Shown in pieces: positions 19,523 to 28,948 of a DNA stretch of 64,000 nt. Numbering within the stretch: position 1 is the stretch's first letter; the number at the start of each line of letters is the position of its first letter. Both the position numbers and the translations under genes were made by a program. Source of the DNA: Marinicella sp. (GTDB lineage: Bacteria > Pseudomonadota > Gammaproteobacteria > Xanthomonadales > Marinicellaceae). The notes beneath the pieces were generated by a model. It was not told where the DNA came from, made no database searches, and worked only from the letters and a program-made list of their open reading frames with translations. The stretch lies in NCBI GenBank assembly GCA_965230295.1, contig OZ246001.1:1792001-1856000 (forward strand). The letters run 5' to 3'.

Positions 19523-19819
19523 ATGTTTTTTAAAAGGTGGAAAGTTTATGATCCTCGTTGGTTAGCAGAAGACTGCCAATACGCTTTTTCTGAATACCCT
19601 TGGCTTGAAGATGCATTGAAGCCCTGTTGCAAAGCCAGGAAAAGAAGCGCTTTTTATACGTATTTTGAAAAGCACAGCAGACCGAATGAACCATCGTCAA
19701 ATTGGCAAATTCAAGAAAGCATCCATATAGAGGGGACCCGAGAAGGTGACATTATTCTTGATATCATCAAAGAAAACCGGGTTGGTGGTATTGAGTTTAT
19801 TTCACGCTTGATGAAGTAG
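19523..19819 (+). CDS. Small hypothetical protein
   Basis: AAGGAG at 19506-19511 upstream of ATG 19523; 98 aa with plausible composition, ending ILDIIKENRVGGIEF. Confidence 0.6.
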   Translation: MFFKRWKVYDPRWLAEDCQYAFSEYPWLEDALKPCCKARKRSAFYTYFEKHSRPNEPSSNWQIQESIHIEGTREGDIILDIIKENRVGGIEFISRLMK

Positions 19820-19999
19820 CTTGGAAGGATGGTCTGGGATTCCTATCCAAATCTATAGGCTGTGCTGATTTCAGTACTTTCCGGCCAGAAACGGACGACA
19901 TCCTTCGTGCGATGTTGTGTATTATTCTCAATTTTGAAGTCGGTTTTTGATAAAGAGAATGACAGAAAAACTGAAAGCAAAGGGTTGACAAGTTGTTTT

Positions 20000-20212
20000 T
20001 TATACACAGTGTGAAATGGTTTTGTCAAAAAACAAGCCCTTAGCCAAATTCATTTGTTTTGTACATTCAAAAAAAGGCGTAAACAACTGATTTATAAAGA
20101 TTGTGCTTGGTGGTTAAAGTTTAACCAAGGCGTGTGCGGTATAAGTCTCACTTGCAAAAGAAGCAAAAAAATCAAAGTTATGAACAAAGTTATCCACAAT
20201 TTTTGTGGATAA
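20000..20212. promoter_or_regulatory. Cluster of DnaA boxes with an IHF-consensus site
   Basis: TTATACACA 20000-20008, TTATGAACA 20178-20186 (1 mismatch), TTATCCACA 20190-20198, TGTGGATAA 20204-20212; AATCAGTTGTTTA on minus strand 20080-20092 fits WATCARnnnnTTR. Confidence 0.75.
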
Positions 20213-20260
20213 CTGAAAAGTGTCCAGTGTTGTACAAGCTTACCTGGGTTACTGCGGTGT

Positions 20261-21061
20261 TTAAAAGGTGAAGTACATCCGCAAGGCCAACACAACAATC
20301 AGCCCTGCAAACAGGCGTTTTAACAATGGAATGGGTAAGCGATGGGTTAAATGTGCCCCATAAGAAGTGGTGATTAGGCTGCCAGCCGTGATCGCTAAAG
20401 TGGCTGGCCAATAAACATAGCCCAACACCTGATCTGGTAAATGGACTTGGCCAATGCCTTTGATGATAAACACAAAGCAACCAGCCATGGCCAATGGAAG
20501 ACCAATGCTGGCAGCCGTAGCAATGGCTTTTTTGATGTTGATGCGATGCCAACTCAAGTAAGGTACTGTTAATGAACCGCCACCAATGGCAATCAAGGCG
20601 GACAAAAATCCAATGACAAACCCAACCGGAAGCAGCTCAACGGTCTTGATTTTATCGCTGGCATGGGTCTTGGGCTTGAAGCCAAAAATCATTTGGACTG
20701 CCACAGCCACCATCAGGATCATGAAGATCAAAGCGATGGATTTTGATGGTATTTGAATGACGTAATAGGTGGCCAATCCACTGCCAAGTAAAACAGCTGG
20801 ACTGATTTGGTATGTGATGGGCCACAAAATGGCTTGGTGTTGTTGATGGGTTCTGATACTGATGATGGCATTGATCACTATACAAGACATGGAGGTGGCC
20901 AAGGCCAAATGGACCACCACTTCGGGGCTCATTCCTAGCCACAAAAAATAGGCAGTTAAGGCAGGTACCATGATGGCGCCACCCCCGATACCAAATAAAC
21001 CAGCAAAAAAACCAACCACCATTCCCAGTAAGATCAAAATAATGATACTGGTTACAACCAT
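20261..21061 (-). CDS. TauE/SafE family (TSUP) membrane transporter
   Basis: GFFAGLFGIGGGAIMVP and the internal repeat SALIAIGGGSLTVP; hydrophobic throughout. Confidence 0.92.
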   Translation of the reverse strand: MVVTSIIILILLGMVVGFFAGLFGIGGGAIMVPALTAYFLWLGMSPEVVVHLALATSMSCIVINAIISIRTHQQHQAILWPITYQISPAVLLGSGLATYYVIQIPSKSIALIFMILMVAVAVQMIFGFKPKTHASDKIKTVELLPVGFVIGFLSALIAIGGGSLTVPYLSWHRINIKKAIATAASIGLPLAMAGCFVFIIKGIGQVHLPDQVLGYVYWPATLAITAGSLITTSYGAHLTHRLPIPLLKRLFAGLIVVLALRMYFTF

Positions 21062-21089
21062 GACTCAGATAACAATCGATGCAGAATGG

Positions 21090-22556
21090 TCAGCGCCGCC
21101 GCCCAAACAGCGTCTTCCAAATGGCATTGACCGCTTTGGTGGTTAATCGCCGCTGAAGAGATTTGCCCAGCTTTGTTGCAAAAGAATCTCGTGGTCGACC
21201 TGGTCTGCGTTTTGGCTTGGCTGCCTCTGCTTCCAGTTTGGCTTGTTCCTTGGCCTTTTGTTCAGCCATTTCCTGTTGTCGCTTTTGCAGTTTTTCATGG
21301 GCCGATTCACGGTCAAGACCCGTGTCATATTTCCCACCCACAGGGGACCGTTCCATCACCAATTTTCGTTCGGCATCGGTTGCAGGGCCCATGCGACATC
21401 GAGGGGGGGCTATTTTGACTCGATCCACCACAGTGGGAGCACCTTTCTCTTCCAAAGTAGACACCAAAGCTTCACCCACGCCCAATTCAGTAATCACGTC
21501 AGCGGTATTAAAGTTGGGGTTGGGTCGGAAGGAATCTGCCACAGCCCTGATGACTTTTTTATCTTTTGGTGTGTAAGCCCGCAGGGCATGTTGAATTTTA
21601 TTACCCAGCTGACCCAATATGTCTTCAGGTATGTCACCAGGTGATTGGGTACAGAAATAAACCCCAACGCCTTTAGACCGAATCAATCTGGCCACTTGTT
21701 CAATGCGCTTCAGTACTTCTTTGGGTGAATCTTCAAAGATCAAGTGTGCTTCATCAAAAAACAACACCAGTTTTGGTACCGGGAGGTCACCGACTTCTGG
21801 CAAGGTTTCAAACAATTCAGTCATTAACCACAGCAAAAATGAGGCATACAATTGTGGTTTCATCATCAAGTCCCTGGACTCCATGATGCTGATGATGCCG
21901 TTACCAGACATGTCTTGGCGCATCAAGTCTTTCAATGCCAAAGCTGGCTCACCGAACAGCTGGTCAGCACTCTGTGACTCCAAATTCAACAATCGACGTT
22001 GGATGGCACCAATGGATGCGTTGGTGATGCGCCCGTATTCGGCAGAAATGCTTTTGTGATGCTCTCCCATGAAATGCAGCAAAGATTTCAAATCCTTCAA
22101 GTCCAACAACGGCATTTGATTTTCTTCAGCATACCTAAAAGCCACCGCAACCACGCCTTCTTGTACATCGGACAGTTCCAACAATCGGCTTAAATACATC
22201 GGGCCAATTTCTTCTATGGTGGTCCTCACTGGGTGGCCGTGTTTCTTAAATATGTCCCAGAATATGGTTGGAGACCCTTCGTAACGGTAGTTTTTGATGT
22301 GGAGTTTTTTGGCCCGGTTGTCTAAAAACTCTTTTTGTTTTCCAGCTTGGGACAAGCCAGAAACGTCGCCCTTGATGTCAGTAACAAAGACCGGGACACC
22401 CAGCTCTGAAAAATTTTCTGCCAACACTTGCAAAGTAACTGTTTTACCAGTTCCTGTGGCGCCTGTGATTAAGCCATGACGATTGGCAAAATGACCTAAA
22501 ATCATGGCTGGCTTTTCACCATGGCCGAAATGTAAAACTTTCTGTTCTGTGCTCAT
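21090..22556 (-). CDS. DUF853 / HerA-like ATPase (YjgR-like)
   Basis: NRHGLITGATGTGKT, FFDEAHLIF, RLIRSKGVGVYF, QHALRAYTP; start placed at ATG 22556 just after the upstream stop. Confidence 0.92.
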   Translation of the reverse strand: MSTEQKVLHFGHGEKPAMILGHFANRHGLITGATGTGKTVTLQVLAENFSELGVPVFVTDIKGDVSGLSQAGKQKEFLDNRAKKLHIKNYRYEGSPTIFWDIFKKHGHPVRTTIEEIGPMYLSRLLELSDVQEGVVAVAFRYAEENQMPLLDLKDLKSLLHFMGEHHKSISAEYGRITNASIGAIQRRLLNLESQSADQLFGEPALALKDLMRQDMSGNGIISIMESRDLMMKPQLYASFLLWLMTELFETLPEVGDLPVPKLVLFFDEAHLIFEDSPKEVLKRIEQVARLIRSKGVGVYFCTQSPGDIPEDILGQLGNKIQHALRAYTPKDKKVIRAVADSFRPNPNFNTADVITELGVGEALVSTLEEKGAPTVVDRVKIAPPRCRMGPATDAERKLVMERSPVGGKYDTGLDRESAHEKLQKRQQEMAEQKAKEQAKLEAEAAKPKRRPGRPRDSFATKLGKSLQRRLTTKAVNAIWKTLFGRRR

Positions 22557-22560
22557 TTGA

Positions 22561-23937
22561 TTATGATGTTGTGTATTGGCCGTGTAGCCAGTTAAAAATG
22601 GCAACCATGCCGAGGGCCTCTCCACCTTCAGTACCACCCGTGCGATCACCGAAATTCCAGCCGTAGGTGTCAACATGGACCCATGCTATTTCGGGTGCTA
22701 CGAAATGTTCCAAAAACAAGGCAGCTGTGATGCAACCTGCTTGAGGTATCGAACCGGTGTTTGACAAGTCAGCAATGCTGGATTTGATGTATTTTTTGTA
22801 ACTTTGTTGCAACGGCAAAGGCCAAGTCTCATCATGGGTCAATTGGCCACTGGCAAAGATGCCATCACTGATTTCTTTGCGGTTGGAAAAAATGGGCGTG
22901 ACCGTTGGTCCCATGGCCACCCTGGCTGCACCGGTTAGGGTGGCAAAGTCAATGATCAATTCTGGTTTAGATTCACTGGCATAAGTCAATGCATCTGCCA
23001 ATATGACGCGGCCTTCAGCGTCGGTATGGCCTATTTCTACAGTTTGACCTGATCGGGTTTGAGCCACGTCGCCTTGTCGATAAGCATTGCCTGACACAGC
23101 ATTTTCGACGGTTGGGATCAACACCTGTAAACAAACCGGTAATTGGTGATCTATGATCATTTGGGCCAGCCCAAAGACATGTGCACCACCACCCATGTCT
23201 TTTTTCATCCAGCGCATGAATTGAGCGGCTTTCATGTTGTTGCCACCGGTATCAAAACAAACCCCTTTGCCCACCAGTGAAATTTTCGGGTGTGCCTCAT
23301 TGCCCCAGTTCAATTCTATTAACCTGGGAGCTTTGTGACTGGCTCGACCAACGATATGAATGGAAGGAAAGTTTTCGGTCAACAATGCTTCACCAATAAT
23401 CTCGGTAAAAGTGGTGTGATTTTGTTCTGCAAAGGATTCAGCAAAAGCAGACATCTCGGTGGGTCCCATGTCATCTGCGGGTGTATTGATCAAATCCCGA
23501 ACCATCGAAGTGGCGTGGATGGCAGACAGTTCGTAATGATGGTCTTTGATGTTGTTAACCACCAGAACAGCACATTCTTTGGTTTTGATGTAGCGATCAA
23601 ATTGGTAGCTGCCAAATCCCCAGCCTAAAATGATGGCGGTGGTGATTTCTGCCGTTTCGCTTTCCACATGATAATGTCCCAGCGGTATTTTTTTTATCGC
23701 ATGGGCAAAGCTGTATGGGCTCAAATCATCCGCAATGGTCAGGTAAATTTTGGCAATGGAACCATCGGCCTTGCGATCAACCAGAAAATTACCTGCCTTT
23801 TTACCCAACTGCTGTTGTTCTGCAGAGGACTTCAAAAAGTCATTCTGTGCCTCTAGCCAAGTATCATAGGTGCCTTTGATGATTGGGATAACCGGCGTGG
23901 TTTGGCCTTCATATTCCGAGCTGATGTGATGTGTCAT
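22561..23937 (-). CDS. M17 leucyl aminopeptidase family protein (PepB-like)
   Basis: VGKGVCFDTGG, MKKDMGG, TDAEGRVILAD, ATLTGA. Confidence 0.95.
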   Translation of the reverse strand: MTHHISSEYEGQTTPVIPIIKGTYDTWLEAQNDFLKSSAEQQQLGKKAGNFLVDRKADGSIAKIYLTIADDLSPYSFAHAIKKIPLGHYHVESETAEITTAIILGWGFGSYQFDRYIKTKECAVLVVNNIKDHHYELSAIHATSMVRDLINTPADDMGPTEMSAFAESFAEQNHTTFTEIIGEALLTENFPSIHIVGRASHKAPRLIELNWGNEAHPKISLVGKGVCFDTGGNNMKAAQFMRWMKKDMGGGAHVFGLAQMIIDHQLPVCLQVLIPTVENAVSGNAYRQGDVAQTRSGQTVEIGHTDAEGRVILADALTYASESKPELIIDFATLTGAARVAMGPTVTPIFSNRKEISDGIFASGQLTHDETWPLPLQQSYKKYIKSSIADLSNTGSIPQAGCITAALFLEHFVAPEIAWVHVDTYGWNFGDRTGGTEGGEALGMVAIFNWLHGQYTTS

Positions 23938-24028
23938 GTCAAAATGTATGTAATGAGAATAGAATGATTATACTCAAGGCTTATTTGAATATCGACACCG
24001 TTGTCAATTGTTCACATAACGAGGTATT

Positions 24029-24496
24029 TTATTTTGTTTGGTAGATCATTTCTTGGTGAGGAATCAAGTCTTCCAGATAGTATTGTCCGGTACTGACAAA
24101 CCCCAAGTTAACATAAAACTGATGCAAGTAAGATTGAGCAGATATTTTGAGCGGGTGCTCAGGAAAACGATCAAGGCATGCAAGGATGGCCGCTTTCATT
24201 AAGGCCCCGCCGACTTTTTCATGCCTCACTTGTTCGGCAACCACCACTCGGCCAATGCTGATGTACTCGTTGTTATTTTGTTCAGGTGTCAGGATGCGCG
24301 CATAGGCCACCAAATCACCATTGTCAGCTTTTTTGAACAGGTGTAAAGCGTCCTCATCAAGTCCATCAAGGTCCAAATAGGGGCAGTCCTGTTCAAGTAC
24401 AAAAACGGCATTTCTGAGTTGCATCAGCTGATACAACTCATGGAGGCTCAGTTCGGCAAATTTGCGCAATGAAAATTCTGAATCATTCAAAGTCAT
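24029..24496 (-). CDS. elaA: GNAT acetyltransferase ElaA
   Basis: LYQLMQLRNAVFVLEQDCPYLDLDG, IGRVVV, ISAQSYL, YLEDLIPH. Confidence 0.9.
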   Translation of the reverse strand: MTLNDSEFSLRKFAELSLHELYQLMQLRNAVFVLEQDCPYLDLDGLDEDALHLFKKADNGDLVAYARILTPEQNNNEYISIGRVVVAEQVRHEKVGGALMKAAILACLDRFPEHPLKISAQSYLHQFYVNLGFVSTGQYYLEDLIPHQEMIYQTK

Positions 24497-27062
24497 CAGC
24501 AAAAATCAAATCATTGTCAAGCTCAAGCGGCAGGGGCCAAACATAGGCACCGCGGGATCGGGTGAATACAGCCAAGGTGGTGGCACCTCGATCAATGGTC
24601 ATGTCCCATATCATCACTGAAGGCAAACCGTTGTCAAATCTGAACCATACTGGCTCATCCACATCCACATTTTCGGTATAGTATAAGCCCCAATCGGTGC
24701 CGGCAAAAACCATGCCGGGGACGTTTGGGTTCACCATCACACTGTCAACTGGAATGTTGGGTAAGTTACCTGACTTATTTTTCCATTCAAAACTGCTGCA
24801 ATCACTGTTACAACTGACTTCAAATAAGTGGCCGGGTGTGCTTGGGGTGTTTTGATCAAACCCTCCAACAGCGGCATAGCCTTTGGTGGCAATGGAACCA
24901 TCAGTGACGACATCTAAAACGGGTCTGTTAGGCAGCACAGTGTTGCCACCAGTCACATCCACCCAATTGGCCGAGTTGGCAGAACCCATGCCCATATCAA
25001 AGCCATAATAAACGTTGCCATCATTGGTTCCCACAATAGCCACAGTGGCATCAGAAATACCATAATGCATTTGATTGATGATGGATCGATTCCCCAACAC
25101 CCCTTTGGTTAAATCAGGGCTGTTGACGTACCAGGCAGAATTATTCAGCCCACCAGTGGTGGTCTCCCAGATTCGGTAAGTACCAGCCATCAATTGGTCA
25201 CATGATCCACCGGTACAATCGTGCTTGTTTAAATGGAAGGGGAAAATGAAGGGTACCCGGTTATCATTTGACCAAGGATTGGCAAAGGAGGAGTAACTGC
25301 CCAGGGGGCCATTGGTACTGATTCTCATGTTGCCGAATTGTGATTCAACATAAACCCGTTGTCCATTGATGGGTTCAATGGTTGCATAGATACCGTCACC
25401 ACCATTGACACGGGTCCATGGTTTGGCTTCAAAGGGTTCTGAGTTGGTGTCCCATAAGGCCACAGAAGAGCCGTTGTCCTGGGCACCGCCAACAGCCACC
25501 CGATCGGTGCTATTAACAAAATCTGCACTGATGTCACCAGAATAAAACTCAATGGTGTTGATGGTGTTGTTAAGTTGGGTATAAACAATGTCTCTTGCGT
25601 TGGCTTCGCTGGCATTGCTGGTGTAATACACACCGCCATCATTGCCCACCAACAATTGATTTGGGTCGCCTGCCACATAAGCGCGGGCATGGTGATCAAC
25701 ATGGACAAAATCGCCAGCATTGGGGCCACCGGCATAGCCACATGTGCTGTTGGTGAAGGTATCTCCACCATTACTGGACTTGAACAAATCCACTGCCGAT
25801 AAAAACAACTCATCTGAATTGGATGGAGAGACACTCATGCCCATGTCATACCAGGCTTGGGTGCCACTGTCGTCACAACCAATGAAGTCATTGGTATCGG
25901 CCACTTGTGTCCAGCTGGTACCACCATTGGTGGTTTTCCATACCCCTTTAACAGCTCGGGTACTGACATCTGCCACTTGTGCATACAACACTTCGTTGTC
26001 TGATGGAGCCATGGTCAAATCAATGCGACCTAAATCATTGGCAGGATAGGGTGTGCCTTCGCCGGTTCCAGCAGGCCAACCATTGGTGCTGGTTGTGACC
26101 AAGGTCCAAGTGGGGCAACCTGTGGCAGGGAAATCTGCTTTATAAATGCCATTGGCACCGTTTTGACTGAGGTCGGCTTGTACAGTGGTGTTGTGTCCTC
26201 GGGTTCCAATGGCAGCATAGATTTCTCCAGAGGCATTGACCTCCATCCCAGTGATGTCTTGACGCTGGGTATCAAATGAGTTGGTCAAACATGCCTCGGT
26301 CCAATCAGTGCCGTTGTTGAATGAAAAGAACAGTCCCGTTTTGGTGCCCACCACTATTTGAGTAGAATCTAACGGGTTGGTTCTTACCCGGCCAATGGCT
26401 TGGTATTGAGGAAACTCACCAACGGGTTGATCACGATAAGGGGCAAATTCCGCTTCACCCAGCACTTCCCATGTATTGCCTGCATCAACAGATCGCAACA
26501 ACCCGGCACTACCAAATGAGTAAGATCCATAGCGCAAGTCTCCAGTCCCGGCATAAATGATGTTTGGGTCATTGGGGTCAAGGTGCAAATCACCAATGGC
26601 AGCACCATTGACGCCAGTGGTGTCGGTGACATTGGCCCAGGTGGTTTGATCATCACAACAGTCTGTGGTTTTCCAAACACCACCACCATCAACACCAGCA
26701 TAGGCGATGGTTTCATCAGTGGGGTGACTGACGATCACATTAACCCGACCAGAGTAGGCTGTACCCGCTGGGTTGCCCAAAGGTTTTGGGCCCAGTGCGA
26801 TAAAAGCATTGGGATCAAGGCCTTTAAAGTTTGCTGCATTCCGGTTCATACGAGCCGGTTGTTTTTTGCGGTTTTTCTCGTGTGATACACGTGCTGAAAC
26901 CAACCACTCCTGGCTGTATTGGAAGGTTGGGTAACTGTATCTGGTGGCCCAATAATCACCCCTAACAGGTTTGTAATAATCTTCCATATCACTGTGGTCA
27001 TTATCACTGCTACAAGCTGCCATCAGTAAGCTGGCGCACATTAAACTAAAGATTTTTTTCAT
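24483..27062 (-). CDS. Lipoprotein with BNR/Asp-box beta-propeller repeats (VPS10/GH74-like) and C-terminal DLIFADDFE tag
   Basis: Lipobox LMAA|C; repeats SVDAGNTW, SFNNGTDW, TTNGGTSW, SSNGGDTF; HVDHH and GGAQDNG motifs. Confidence 0.85.
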   Translation of the reverse strand: MKKIFSLMCASLLMAACSSDNDHSDMEDYYKPVRGDYWATRYSYPTFQYSQEWLVSARVSHEKNRKKQPARMNRNAANFKGLDPNAFIALGPKPLGNPAGTAYSGRVNVIVSHPTDETIAYAGVDGGGVWKTTDCCDDQTTWANVTDTTGVNGAAIGDLHLDPNDPNIIYAGTGDLRYGSYSFGSAGLLRSVDAGNTWEVLGEAEFAPYRDQPVGEFPQYQAIGRVRTNPLDSTQIVVGTKTGLFFSFNNGTDWTEACLTNSFDTQRQDITGMEVNASGEIYAAIGTRGHNTTVQADLSQNGANGIYKADFPATGCPTWTLVTTSTNGWPAGTGEGTPYPANDLGRIDLTMAPSDNEVLYAQVADVSTRAVKGVWKTTNGGTSWTQVADTNDFIGCDDSGTQAWYDMGMSVSPSNSDELFLSAVDLFKSSNGGDTFTNSTCGYAGGPNAGDFVHVDHHARAYVAGDPNQLLVGNDGGVYYTSNASEANARDIVYTQLNNTINTIEFYSGDISADFVNSTDRVAVGGAQDNGSSVALWDTNSEPFEAKPWTRVNGGDGIYATIEPINGQRVYVESQFGNMRISTNGPLGSYSSFANPWSNDNRVPFIFPFHLNKHDCTGGSCDQLMAGTYRIWETTTGGLNNSAWYVNSPDLTKGVLGNRSIINQMHYGISDATVAIVGTNDGNVYYGFDMGMGSANSANWVDVTGGNTVLPNRPVLDVVTDGSIATKGYAAVGGFDQNTPSTPGHLFEVSCNSDCSSFEWKNKSGNLPNIPVDSVMVNPNVPGMVFAGTDWGLYYTENVDVDEPVWFRFDNGLPSVMIWDMTIDRGATTLAVFTRSRGAYVWPLPLELDNDLIFADDFE

Positions 27063-28392
27063 GTTTGATCCTGGGAAAATGTTTGGCTATTAATTGGTCG
27101 TTGAGGGGTTTTTGCTTCATGGCCGATGCAATCAGGTTCATGGTTAAGTTAACCGCTCCGCGGTTTTTCTGTACCAAAGTTTTAGCGGCTTGACCCATCG
27201 CAATGCGGGCCTCTTCGTTTTCAATGAGGTATTCCATGCTGCGAATGATGTCATTGGCATCATGGACTGTCTGAGAGCCTCCACAGTCATTCAGCAGTTG
27301 TGTGATTTCAGTGAAGTTGTGCGTGTTTGGACCGACCAAAACAGGTAAGGAAAAAACCGCAGCTTCAAGCACATTGTGCCCACCAATGTTGGCAATCGAA
27401 CCACCCACAAAGGCAATGTCTGATGAGGCATAAAATTCCAGCATTTCCCCCATGGTATCAACCACAAACACATCTCCATCAATGTCACACAAACCGATTT
27501 CACTGCGCAATTGGGTGTTGAACCCTTTGTTACGACATGCCTGGGTGGTGCTCTGAAACCGTTCAGGGTGTCTTGGTACAATGACCAGCATCAGTTTGGG
27601 GTGTCTTTGTTTCAGTACCGCGTAGGCATCCAGGACTTCTATTTCATCGTCTTGATGGGTACTGGCAGCGATCCACACCAAACGACTGTTCTGGTAATGT
27701 TCCCGGATTTCCTCGCCTTTTTCAATGATGTGGTCTTCAATGATGATGTCAAACTTTAAACTGCCCACGACAAATATTTTTTCCGGGTAACAGCCCAGTT
27801 GTATCATTCTTTTGGCATCAGTGACGGTTTGTGCTGCCACATAAGCTGTGTCATTGAAGGCCTTGGCGGCCAGGGACTCCACCCAGCGATAGCCTTTCAT
27901 GGAAACTTCAGACAACCTGGCGTTGGCAACCACAATGGGGATGTCTTTCTTTTTACAAAAACGAAACAGGTTGGGCCAAATTTCCGTTTCCATGATGACG
28001 GCCAGGTCTGGTTTGGTTTTGCGCAAGAACCGCTTAACAGCACCTGGCAGGTCATAAGGTAAATATACATGAAATACCTGGTCGCCAAAAATTTGTTGTA
28101 CCCGATCAGAACCGGTGGGTGTGATGGTGGTTAACACAAATGAATGGTCTTGGTATTTTGCCATCAACGCTTTGATCAAAGGGATGGCCGCATTCACTTC
28201 ACCGACCGATACCGCATGAACCCAGATGGATTTGTTTTTGAACTTTGGTGATTTGAACCAACCAAATCGTTCATGCCAGCGCTGTAAATAGGCTTTGGTT
28301 TTGATGCCACGGGTGGCCAGTCTGATCAAGACCAACGGTGTCAATAAAGTGGTGACCAGCGAATAAAACCTTGAGCGCAATTCAAGTTTCAT
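27046..28392 (-). CDS. waaA: 3-deoxy-D-manno-octulosonic acid transferase
   Basis: WVHAVSVGE, YLPYDL, METEIWPN, VPRHPERF, GGHNVLEAA. Confidence 0.97.
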   Translation of the reverse strand: MKLELRSRFYSLVTTLLTPLVLIRLATRGIKTKAYLQRWHERFGWFKSPKFKNKSIWVHAVSVGEVNAAIPLIKALMAKYQDHSFVLTTITPTGSDRVQQIFGDQVFHVYLPYDLPGAVKRFLRKTKPDLAVIMETEIWPNLFRFCKKKDIPIVVANARLSEVSMKGYRWVESLAAKAFNDTAYVAAQTVTDAKRMIQLGCYPEKIFVVGSLKFDIIIEDHIIEKGEEIREHYQNSRLVWIAASTHQDDEIEVLDAYAVLKQRHPKLMLVIVPRHPERFQSTTQACRNKGFNTQLRSEIGLCDIDGDVFVVDTMGEMLEFYASSDIAFVGGSIANIGGHNVLEAAVFSLPVLVGPNTHNFTEITQLLNDCGGSQTVHDANDIIRSMEYLIENEEARIAMGQAAKTLVQKNRGAVNLTMNLIASAMKQKPLNDQLIAKHFPRIKHEKNL

Positions 28393-28946
28393 CGCAGTAC
28401 CTGTCCGTTACTTGCCAGTTTGATGGTTGAGGGTTGGGTTTGCTGGCCTAATGGGAGGTCGAGGTAGTAATCCACCTCATCACCCCAAGAGGTTTGTATT
28501 TGTTGGCAGTTTTCCGGTGTGACCTGGCCACTGATGTTGGCGCTGGTAGAGACCAAGGCATGATTCAACTGGTCGCACAGGGCTTTAACTGTGGGGTGGT
28601 TGCTGACCCGAACAGCCACACTGTCATGTGCACCAGTGATCCAACGTGGGGTCAATGCAGTGGCAGGAAATACCCAGGTTGCATGCCCAGGCCAAGTTTT
28701 TAAGGCCCTTGCCAAGTGGCCCCTTTCGGCTGGTTGAATTAAAGGCAAAACATGTTGAATGTGTGAGGCGATGAGAATCAGGCCTTTGCTGACAGGCCGC
28801 TGTTTGAGTTGTAAGACTTTATTAACCGCCATTTCGTTGCGGTAATCACAACCTATACCAAAAACACCTTCAGTGGGATAAACCAGCACACCGCCATGAT
28901 TCACGGTCGCTACAGCTTGCTTGATGGATTGACCTGTTTCAGACAT
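28389..28946 (-). CDS. tsaC: Threonylcarbamoyl-AMP synthase
   Basis: YPTEGVFGIGCD, KQRPVSKGLILIA, STSANISG. Confidence 0.95.
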   Translation of the reverse strand: MSETGQSIKQAVATVNHGGVLVYPTEGVFGIGCDYRNEMAVNKVLQLKQRPVSKGLILIASHIQHVLPLIQPAERGHLARALKTWPGHATWVFPATALTPRWITGAHDSVAVRVSNHPTVKALCDQLNHALVSTSANISGQVTPENCQQIQTSWGDEVDYYLDLPLGQQTQPSTIKLASNGQVLR

Positions 28947-28948
28947 GG

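Noticed and set aside
19820-20260. oriC
   Set aside because: No dnaA/dnaN/gidA nearby, few boxes, and by eye the strand bias of flanking genes does not switch; not formally excluded without a skew plot
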